Shown piece by piece: positions 30,327 to 41,500 of a stretch of 64,000 nucleotides of DNA. The stretch comes from the human T2T-CHM13v2.0 reference genome, Homo sapiens. Below the pieces are notes generated by a model. It searched no databases. It saw only the letters and a program-made list of their open reading frames with translations, and was not told the DNA's origin. Where the stretch lies: the NCBI RefSeq assembly GCF_009914755.1, contig NC_060935.1; one strand, 5' to 3'. The first letter of the stretch is position 1, and the number at the start of each line of letters is the position of its first letter. A program made the translations under genes and the position numbers.

Positions 30327-30454
30327 TTTTATAAGTCTAATTCTAGTTACAATAAATAACTGATGAGAAAAAGAGTGTTTGATAAATAATTGTATTTAGT
30401 TAATACAATTTGATAAATATTATAGTTACAATAAATAACTGATGAGAAAAAGAG
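30327..30454 (-). promoter_or_regulatory. Candidate NXPE4 promoter: TATA box plus duplicated 32-bp element
   Basis: TATAAAA (minus) at 30333-30327; two identical 32-mers at 30344-30375 and 30423-30454; two TTTGATAAATA motifs between them. Confidence 0.5.
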
Positions 30455-31399
30455 CCACAAGTTTGAATGATTGAGAGTAATCATCAACAGAAAGTCAAAC
30501 TTTCTAGTTTCCATCTAGCGTTATCATCAAGACCCAGTTGGCAGGATTCAAGTGCGTATTATCTCATACATAGTAGGTTTCAATACAATTTGCTGAATTG
30601 AACTAAAAGAACTTCAAATATAACATAGGGAAGACAATAATATTAATTGCATCTGAGACTAACAGAGTGACAGCTTGTAGTCATGGGTTTGAATCCATCT
30701 GGGATTTGTATTCTTGATCTGATGAAAACAGTGCTGGAAAGAGCAGGCACCCAGACAGCTGCACCAGTGCCCACAGGAAGCAGTAGCTGCTGGCCCTGTG
30801 GCTCCGTCCATGGGTTGATTACTGCTGCCCTACACAGGAGGGCATGCCCATCATCTTTCCATCTTATTTAAGCATGCCCATCAATCTTTCCAGTCTTATG
30901 TTTTTAAAAAGATGGAATCAAGACCAGTTTCACAACTGGTCTACTTGTTTCAGATCTTGAAATTCTTCCAACATCTTTGATCCTGTTCTACCAAATTCAC
31001 CTTAACAATACTTCTTTATGTCTTTACTTGATGACCTTTGGAAAAGCTGTTTTAACATTATAAAACTGGGTGTAGGATTGTTAAATTTTTCACTGAGGAG
31101 CCTATAATAAGAAAAAAGTATTTGCAGTGGGTTTGGTTTGGCTGTTCCTTAGAGGACTGATGCCAGCAACCACCCAAGTTCACAGTCTACTCTGAGACAT
31201 ATAGATTTATAGATTTTAATTTGGTTTGGTCACATAGATTTTGAAATCTAATGTTAACCTGGAGTCTGTTTATGAGGTAGGCACAATAGATATGCTTGAC
31301 TTAAAGAACCAAGAGTACAAAAGAAAGTTTGAATGATTTGTGCAGGTCATCTGATGAGCTTTGAAACAGGGCTGAATCCAAGATTCCTTTCATTTTGAT

Positions 31400-34300
31400 C
31401 TCTAACACTGTGTGTTTATAGTGTATATGTATAACAACATAAGCACAAAGAATGAAAACTAGGAAGTTGGAAAAACTATCTTGAAGTCTTTATACCATGT
31501 GTGAATTGGGATAATATTACTTGAAGGTAGACTCTGATTAATTAAGAAAAATATTGTAACCCTGGTATAACCACTAAATATTTCTTTTAAAAAGTGGTAT
31601 ACATAATAAATCAACAATGAAGATTAAATGAAATAATAAAAAATGTTTGATTAGCCCAATAGAAGGAAAAGGAGGAAAAAAAGAAGTGGAACATAGCAAA
31701 CTGTCAATATATTCTTAAATTCAAATATATGAACAGTGATCTGAAATCTGAATGATATTAACCAGGGGTGGACAAACTTTTTCTGTAAAGAATCAGATAG
31801 AAAATATTTTCGGAGAAAGAAACTATAAACAAGAAAATGTAATGGGTATATTAAAATTAACCTTGTGATATTCAGTTGGAATTAGAATAATCAGTATGCA
31901 CTCAGTTTTTTGATGGATAAATATGCATTTTTATGCATACATGGGTTCATGCACACAGATGTATATTTTCAAGCTCTGTCCATAGAGAAGCCCTAGAAGC
32001 AATGACACCTAGTGCCTAGACCTTGGTTTCTTAATTCTCCAGTAAAGGGAGCCAGAATTTCTTGGAGAAGTGGCTGGTTGATTCCATCACTTTGTCAGGG
32101 GATATGAAATGAGCCTGGAGCATCTCGGGGTGCTAGGAAATGCCTTTTAAAAAATGGAGGTACATGTCAAAATGGCCCAGAAGCTAACCTGAAAGAGCTC
32201 CTGATGACCAAAGTTGCAACAATTTGAGCCACAAAATAAATAACAATTGTTTTGGAATATATATTAATCTACACTCACATTTCAAAATACAATCATTGTT
32301 CTCACATTTCAAAATACAATCATGCCTTCCCAACAGTCCCTCAAAGTCTTAGTGAATTTCAGCATTAACTCAAAAGTCTGAAGTCCAAAGTCTCATTTGA
32401 GACAAGGTAAGTCCCTTCCACCTATGAGCCTGTAAAATCAAAATCAAGTTAGTTACTTCCAAGATACAATGGGACTATAGGCATTGGGTAAATGTAAAAA
32501 AATTCCCTTTTACATTCTAAAAGGGAAAAATTGGCAGAAAGAAAGCAGCTACAGGCTTCATGCAAGTTCAAAACTCAGAAGAGCAGTCACTAAACTTCAG
32601 AGCTCCAAAATAATCTCCTTTGACCCCATGTCTCACATCCAGGGCACACTAACGCAAGGGGTGGGCTCCCAAGGACCTGGGCAGCTCTGCCCCTGTGGCT
32701 TTGTGGGGTTCAGTCCCTGCAGCTGCTCTCAAGGGCTGATGTTGAGTGCCTTTGGTTTTTCCAGGTGCAGAGTGCAAGCTGCCAGTGTATCTACCATTCT
32801 GGGGTCTGGAGGATGGTGGCCCTTTTCTCACAGCTCCACTAGGCAGTGCCCCAGTGGGGACTCTGTGTGGGGGCTCCAGCCCCACATTGTCCCTCCACAC
32901 TGCCCTAGTAGAGGTTATCTAGAGGGTTCCACTCCTGCAGCAGACTTCTGCCTGGACATATAGGCTTTTCCATACATCCTCTGAAATCTAAGTAGAGTCT
33001 CTCAAGCCTCAACTCTTGCACTCTGTGCACCTGCAGGCTTAATAGCCTGTGGAAGCCACCAAGGCTTATGGCTTGCACTCTCTAAAGCAATGGCTTGAGC
33101 TGTACCTGGGCCTCTTTGAGCCATGGCTGGAGCTGGAGCAGCTGGGATGCAGGGACCAGTGTTTTGAGGCTGTGCAGGGTGACAGGGCCCCGGGCCTGGC
33201 TCACAAAACCATTCTTCCCTTCTAGGCCTGCAGGTCTGTGATGGGAGAGGCTTCCACAAAGTTCTCTGAAATGCCTTTGAGGCCTTCTCCCCATTGTCTC
33301 CACCTGCAGGCTTAACACCCTGTGGAAGCTACCAAGGCTTATGGCTTGCACTCTTTTTGCATTTGGCTCCTTTTTACTTATGCAAATTTCTGCAGCCTTC
33401 CTGAATTCCTCCACTGAAAATGACCATTTCTTTTTACCATATGGCCAGGCTGCAAATTTTCCAAACTTTTATACTTTGCTTCCTTTTTAGTATAATTTCC
33501 AGTTTTACATCTTTTTTTTGCACATGCATATGAGCATAGGTTGTTAAAGTAGCCAGGCTGCTTCTTGAACACTTTGCTGCTTAGAAATTTCTTCCCCCAG
33601 ATACCTTAAATCATCACTTTCAAGGTCAAAGTTCCACAGATCCCTTGGACAGGGGTACAGTGCCTCCAAGTTCTTCACTAAACCATAACAAAACTGACCT
33701 TTACTCCAATTCCCAGTAAGTTCCTCATCTCCTTCTGAGACCTCCTCAGACTGGACTTCATTGTCCATATCACTACCAGTATTTTGGTGGCAACAATTTA
33801 ACAAGTCTCTAGGAAGTTCCAAAGTTTCTCTTATATTCTTGTCTTCTTCTGGGCCCTCCACCCTCTGCCTGTTATCCAGTTAAAGTTGCTTTGACATTTT
33901 CAGGTATATTTATGGCAGTGTTCCACTCCCCAGTGCTAATTTTCTGTATTAGTCTGTTCTCACGCTGCTATAAAAATATTTGAGACTGGGTAATTTATAA
34001 AGAAAAGAGATTTAATTGGCTTATGGTTCCACAGGCTATACAGGGAGCATGGTAGCTTCTGCTTCTGGGAAGGCCTCAGGGAGCTTTTACTCATGGCAGA
34101 AGGCAAAGTGGGAGCAGGTGTCTTACATGGCCAGAGCAGGAGCATGAGTTTGCGGGAGGGGCTACACATTTTTAAACAACAAGATCTTGTGAGAACTCAC
34201 TCACTATACAGTACCAGTGGGGGATGGTGCTAAACCATTTATAAGAACTCTGCCCCCGTGATCCAATTACGTCCTACCAGGCCCCAGCTCCAACACTGGG

Positions 34301-35340
34301 GATTAGAATTCAACATGAGATTTGGGCAGGGACACAGATCCAAACCATATCAGAATATAACCCATGGAATTAAAAAAAATCTATGAGTTCATATCTATAC
34401 AAGTAAATAATAGCATAAATAAATGGGGTAAAATAAACAGCTGTTCCTCACAGAAGAATTCCAACTAACAAATATGGCAAAAGTGAAGGAAATACAAAGT
34501 GAGCATTAGAACTCTTCAGTAATAATTGCTGTACTCAATATGTGCTAATGAATACTAAAATCAGTGAGGAAAAGTTTGAAGAAAAACAAGTTTATTTCCA
34601 CCAATATATTTATAATTTCAAAGTTAAAAATAGTAACATTAGAGTGCAGAAAATCAATGAACATCTGCTTACCCAAGTGATGATGGGTTAACATAACCAG
34701 TAAGAAGACATATCTTGGTTGGCAATAATCTGCCAGCCTTTTCTATAATTCAAAAACTCATTTAAAAGTCAAAACAATTAAAAGTCTTCTCAAATTGAAA
34801 CAAAAATAGTTATACATGAAATGACCCATTTTCCTCATTCCTTCATTTACCAAATAATCTGCCAAATAGTTAATCATTTCTAATAAGACACAAATGCTGT
34901 ACTGAGAAGGGCACATCACGTCTATGGTATTCTTGAAAGCAATGTATAACTTCAATGTAATTATGAGAAAATTTTGCATAGAAAAAAATTGAGTGACGTT
35001 CTACAAAATAATATTTTTCTAAAGTGTCACAATCATGAAAAACCATGTAAGACTAAGCAACTGTCCCCAGCTAAGGAGACATGATGACTAAATGCAATTT
35101 GAGATCCTGGATTGGGTCCTGAAATAGAAGAAGGACATTAACGGAAAAACTAGTAAAATCCAAAAAAAGTCTGTAATTTCACTGATAGTTACTAGTGTAC
35201 CAATGTTAATTTCTTAATTCTGAACATTTGATTATTATGCAAGATGTTATTTACTGATGCTGGCTGAAGGATATATGAGAATCCTCTATACTATTTTGAA
35301 ACTTTTCTATAATTCAAAAATGTATTAAAAGTAAAAAGAA
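31400..35340 (+). mobile_element. Highly degenerate old L1M fragments hosting the MST element; short MER58-like piece at ~31762-31812
   Basis: L1M-like phrases (cacagaagaattccaactaac, gaaggacattaacggaaaaactagtaaaatcc); boundaries approximate. Confidence 0.55.
32260..34352 (-). mobile_element. MaLR provirus (MSTA-like): internal region plus one intact LTR (33945-34352)
   Basis: typical MST/THE1 internal sequence; LTR tgtattagtctgttctcac...caaaccatatca; TSD gaata at 32255-32259 and 34353-34357. Confidence 0.9.
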
Positions 35341-35519
35341 TTAAAAACCTTTTCAAATGGGAAAATATAATATAGTTCTCCATGAAATGATTCAGTTTCC
35401 ACATATCGTATACCAAATAATTTGCCAAATAGTCCATCATTTCGAACAGGTTGATGCTGCCACTTGAACATTTCAAGTTGCCATCTGTACAAGTTTTAAT
35501 CTATCAATGTCACACTGTT

Positions 35520-35880
35520 GTTTTTTGTTTTGCTATTTACTTATTTATATTTAAATAACTTTAGGGGCACAAGTGATTTTTGGTTATGTGGATGAATTGT
35601 ATAATGGTGAACTCTGGAGTTTTAGTGTACCTGTCACTCAAATAGCATACATTTTACCCAATAAGTAATTTTTCATCCCATTTCCCTTCCCACGCTCCCT
35701 CTTTCTGAGTCTTCAAAATCCATTATACCACTCTGTATGATTTTGGGTACTCATAGCTTAAATCCCACTTATAAGTGAGAATATGTGGTATTTGGTTTTC
35801 ATTCCTGAGTTATGTCACTTAGGATAATACCCTCCAGTTCCATCCGTGTTGCTGCAAAAGATGTAATTTTGTTCTTTTTA
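35520..35880 (-). mobile_element. L1 (L1PB/L1MA-like) 3' end fragment
   Basis: reverse complement resembles 11630-11960 of the intronic L1 (cccacttataagtgagaa, tcctgagttatgtcacttag); T-rich tail at left. Confidence 0.9.
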
Positions 35881-36950
35881 AATTTATGTATATATTTATA
35901 TTATATATAATATAAAATTTATATAAATTAAATATTTATTATATAGTATATAAATTATATATTATATATTATAATTATATATAATATATATTATTTATAA
36001 TTATATATAATTATATATTATAATTATATATAATATATATTATAATTATATATAATATATATTATTTATAATTATATATAATTATATATTATAATTATAT
36101 ATTATATATATTATTTATAATTATATATAATTATATATTATATATTATTTATAATTATATATAATTATATATTATAAATAATTATATATTATAATTATAT
36201 ATTATATATATTATTTATAATTCTTTATATATTATATATTATAATTATATATTATATATAATTATAATATATAATATATATGTAATTATATATTATAATT
36301 ATATAACATATAATATATGATTATATATTATATAATTATATATAATATATAATTATATATATAATATAAAATATATAATATACAATTATATATATTATAT
36401 AATTATATATATTATATTTATATATATTATATAATTATATATAATATTATATATTATATATTCTGTTATATATAATATATAATGTATCTAATGTATTATA
36501 TTATATATAATATATGTTATACTATATAATATATATTATATTATATATATTATAATATATATTCTATATTTTATTATATATAACATATATTATACTATAT
36601 ATAATTATATATATTATACATAACATATACTATATATAATATACATTATTTATAATATATTATACTATATACATTATATATAATATATAATACTATATAC
36701 AATATATGTTATAGATTATATATTATACTATATACAATATATGTTATATATAATATATATTATACTATATATATGTTATCTATAACATATACTATATATA
36801 ATATATATTATACTATATATATGTTATCTATAACATATACTATATATAATATGTTATATACAATATATATTATGCTATATATTATATATTATACACTATT
36901 AAACATATCAATAAATGTAATTATAATATATAATATATATTATAAATAAT
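35881..36950. repeat. Long, almost pure AT low-complexity/(TA)n-derived tract
   Basis: directly visible TATAAT/TTATAT repeats with sparse C/G increasing rightwards. Confidence 0.97.
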
Positions 36951-37530
36951 ATATAAATTATAGATTATATATAACATATATTATCCCATATGTAAATTAT
37001 AGATTATACCACATATGATAATTATCTCATATACAAATTATAGATTATATCATTTATAATAATTATCTCATATATAAATTACAGATTCATATATAATAAT
37101 TATCTCATATATAAATTATAGATTCATATATAATAATTTTCTCATATATAATAATTACAGAATCATATGTAATAATTATCTCATATATAATAATTACAGA
37201 ATCACATATAATTATCTCATATATAATTAAAGAATCATATATAAGTATCTCATATATAATTACAGAATAATGTATAATAATTATCTCATATAATTACAGA
37301 ATCATATATAATAATTATCTCATATAATTACAGAATCACATATAATTATCTCATATATAATTATAGAAACATAATTATCTAATATATAATTACAGAATCA
37401 TATATAATAATCTAATATATAATTACAGAATCATAATTATCTCATATACAATTACAGAATCATATAATTATCTCATATATAATTACAGAATCATATATAA
37501 TAATTCTCTCATATATAATACGGAACCGTA
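36950..37530. repeat. ~27-35 bp AT-rich minisatellite (ataattatctcatatataattacagaatcat)
   Basis: repeated tctcata and acagaatca motifs with variable TA content. Confidence 0.93.
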
Positions 37531-37574
37531 TATAATAATTATTGTCTCATAGGTAACTATTATTACCTAGTGGA

Positions 37575-38510
37575 TAATAATTATTGTCTTGTCTCATAGG
37601 TAACTACTATTATCTAGTGGATAATAATTATTGCCTTGTCTCCTAGGTAACTACTATTACCTGGTGGATGATAAGTATTGCCTCGTCTCCTAGGTAACTC
37701 CTATTACCTGGTGGATGATAAGTATTGCCTCGTCTCCTAGGTAACTCCTATTTCCTGGTGGATGATAAGTATTGCCTCGTCTCCTAGGTAACACCTATTA
37801 CCTGGTGGGTGATAAGTATTGCCTCATCTCCTAGGTAACTCCTATTACCTGACGGATGATAAGTATTTCCTCATCTCCTAGGTAACACCTATTACCTGGT
37901 GGATGATAAGTATTGCCTCGTCTCCTAGGTAAATTCCATTACCTGGTGGATGATAAGTATTGCCTCGTCTCCTAGGTAACTCCTATTACCTGGTGGATGA
38001 TAAGTATTGCCTCGTCTCCCAGGTAACTCCTGTAACTTGGTGGATGATAAGTATTGCCTCGTCTCCTAGGTAACTCCTATTACCTGGTGGATGATAAGTA
38101 TTGCCTTGTCTCCTAGGTAACTCCTATTACCTGGTGGATGGCAAGTATTGCCTCGTCTCTTGGGTAACTCCTATTACCTGGGGGATGATAAGTATTGCCT
38201 CGTCTCCTAGTTAACTCCTATTGCCCAGTGGATGATAAGTATTTCCTCGTCTCCTAGGTAACTACTGTTACCTGGAGGATAATAAGTATTGCCTCGTCTC
38301 CTAGGTAACTCCTATTAACTGGTGGATAATAAGTATTGCCTCCTCTCCTAGGTAACTAATATTATCTGGTGGTTAATAAGTATTGCCTCGTCTCCAAGGG
38401 TAACTGCTAATACCTGGTGGATAATAAGTATTGCCTCTTCTCCTAGGTAACTACTATTACCTGGTGGATAATAAGTATTGCCTCGTCTCCTAGGTAACTA
38501 CCATTACGTG
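37575..38510. repeat. 47-bp tandem sub-array, ~20 copies (ataagtattgcctcgtctcctaggtaactcctattacctggtggatg)
   Basis: period measured between 37671 and 37718. Confidence 0.95.
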
Positions 38511-41500
38511 GTGGATAACAGTATTGCCTCATAGGTAACTACTGCTACCTGGTGGATAATAAGAATTGCCTCATAGGTAACTACTGTTATCTGCTGGATA
38601 ATAAGTATTGCCTCATAGGTAACTACTGATACCTGCTGGAAAATAAGTATTGCCTCGCAGTTAACTACTGTTACCTGGTGGATAATAAGTATTGCCTTGT
38701 GGGTAACCACTGTTACCCGGTTTATAATAAGTGTTGACTCTTGGGTAACCAGTGTTACCTGCTAGATAATAAGTGTTGCCTCGTGGGTAACAATTCTTAC
38801 CCTGTGGAAAATAAGTGTTGCTTCGTGGGTAACCACTGTTACCCAGTGGACAATAAGTGTTGCCTCGTGGGTAACCACTGTTACATGATGGATAGTAAGT
38901 ATTGCCTCGTGGGTAACCATTGTTACCCGGTGGACACTAAGTATTGCCTTGTGGGTAACCACTGTTACCTGGTGGATAATAAGTGTTGCCTCTTGGGTAA
39001 CCACTGTTACCTGGTAAATAATAAGTATTTCCTTGTGGATAACCACTGTTACCTGGTGGATGATAAATATTTCCTCATGGGTAACCACCATTACCCACCG
39101 GATACTAAGTATTGCCTTGTGGGTAACCGCTGTTACCCGGTGGATAATAAATATTGCCTCGTGGGTAACCACAGTTACCTGGTGGAGAATAAGTAATGCC
39201 TTGTGGGTAACCACTGTTACTCGGTGGATAATAAGTATTGCCTCATTGGTAACCACTGTTACCCAGTGGATAATAAGTGTTGCCTCGCGGGTAACCACTG
39301 TTACCTGGTGGATAATAATTGTTGCATTGTGGGTATCCACTGTTACCTGCTGGATAATAATTGTTGCCTCACGGGTAACCACTGTTACCCGGTGGATAAT
39401 TAGTGTTGCCTCTAGGGTACCCACTGTTACCTGGTGGATAATAATTGTTGCCTCTAGGGTAACCACTGTTACCCAGTGGATAATAAGCATTGCCTCGCAG
39501 GTAACCACTGTAACCCAGTGGATAATAAGTACTGCCTCGTGGGTAACCACTGTTACCCAGTGGATAATAAATATTGCCTCGTGGGTAACAGCTGTTACCC
39601 TGTGGAAGATAAGTGTTGCCTTGTGGGTAAGCACTGTTTCCCAGGGATAATAAGTGTTGCCTTGTGAGAAACCACTCTTACCCAGTGGATAATAAGTATT
39701 GCCTCGTGGGTAACTGCTGTTACCCACTGGATAATAAGTACAGCCTCGTGGGAAACCACTGTTACCTGGTGGATAATAAGTATTGACTTGTGGGTAACCA
39801 CTCTTACCTGGTGGATAATAAGTATTGCCTCGTGGGTGACCACTGTTACCTGCTGCATAATAAGTATTGCCTATGGGTAACCACTGTTACCTGGTGGATA
39901 ATAAGTATTGCCTCGTGCGTAACCACTGTTACCCACTGGATAACAACTGTTGCCTTTGGTAACCACAGTTACCCGGTGGATAATAAGTGTTGCCCCGTGG
40001 GTAACCACAGTTACCCGGTGGATAATGTGTTGCCTCATGGGTAACCACTGTTACCCGGTGGATAATAAGTATTGCCTCGTCGGTAACCACTGTTACCCGG
40101 TGGATAATAAGTGTTGCCTCGTGGGTAACCACAGTTAGCTGGTGGATAATACATGTTGCCTCATGTGTAACCATTGTTACCCTGTGGATAATACATGTTA
40201 CCTAATGGGTAACCACTTTGCCCAGTGGATAATAAGTATTGCCCCTAGGGTAATCACTGTTAACCAGTGGATAATAAGTATTGCCTCTAGGGTTACCACT
40301 GTTACGCAGTGGAAAACAAGTATTGCCTCATGGGTAACCACTGTTACCTGGTGGATAATAAGTGTTGCCTCGTGCATAACCAATGTTACCCGGTTTATAA
40401 TAAGTGTTGCCTCATGGGAAACCACTGTTACCTGGTGGATAATAAGTGTTGCCTCGTGGGTAACCATTGTTACCAGGTGGATACTAAGTATTGCCTCATG
40501 GGTAACCACTGTTACCAGGAGGATAATAAGGTCTGCCTCGTGGGTAACCACTGTTATGCACTGAATAATAAGTATTACCTCATGGGTAGCCACTGTTATC
40601 TGGTGGATAATAAGTATTGTCTCTAGGGTAACCACTGTTACCTGGTGGATAATAAGTATTGCCTTGTGGGTAATCACAGTTACCCGGTGGATAATACGTA
40701 TTGCCTCATGGGTAACCACTGTTACCTGCTGGATAACAAGTGTTGCCTTTGGTAAGCACAGTTACCTGGTGGATAATAAATGTTGCCTCATGGGGAACCA
40801 GTGTTACCCAGTGGATAATAAGTGTTACCTTGTGGGTAACTACTGTTACCCAGTGGATACTTAGTGTTGCCTCATGGGTAACCACTGTTACCCGGTGGAT
40901 AATAAGTATTGCCTCGTGGGTAACCAGTTTTACCTGGGAGATAATGTGTTGCCTCTAGGGTAACCACTGTTCCTTGGTGGATAATAAGTGTTGCCTCTAG
41001 GGTAACCACTGTTACCCTTTGGATAATAAGTGTTGCCTCATGGGGAACCACTGTTACCTGGTTTATTATAAGTATTTCCTTGTGGGTAACCACTGTTACC
41101 TGGTGGATAATAAGTGTTGCCTCGTGGGAAACCAGTGTTACCCGGTGGATAGTAAGTATTGCATCATGGGTCACCACTGTTACCCGGAGGGTAATAAGGA
41201 CTGTCTCATGGGTAACCACTGCTACCTGCTGGATAATAAGTAGTACCACAGGGGTAACCACTATTATCCAGTCGATAATAGGTATTGCTTGTAGGGTAAC
41301 CACTGTTACCCAGTCGATAATAAGTGTTGCCTCGTGGGTAATCACTGTTATGCAGTGGATAATAAGTATTGCCTCATGGGTAACCACTGTTACCCGGTGG
41401 ATAATAAGTATTGTCTCATGGGTAACCACTGTTATCCTGTGGATAATAAGTGTTGCCTTGTGGGTAACCACTGTTTCCCAGTGGATAATCAGTATTGCCT

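Noticed and set aside
30842-30899. 30-bp imperfect tandem duplication gcatgcccatca(a)tctttcca(g)tctta
   Set aside because: A simple local slippage duplication with no evident function.
32484-34169. ORFs within the MST element
   Set aside because: Usual spurious frames of MaLR internal and LTR sequence.
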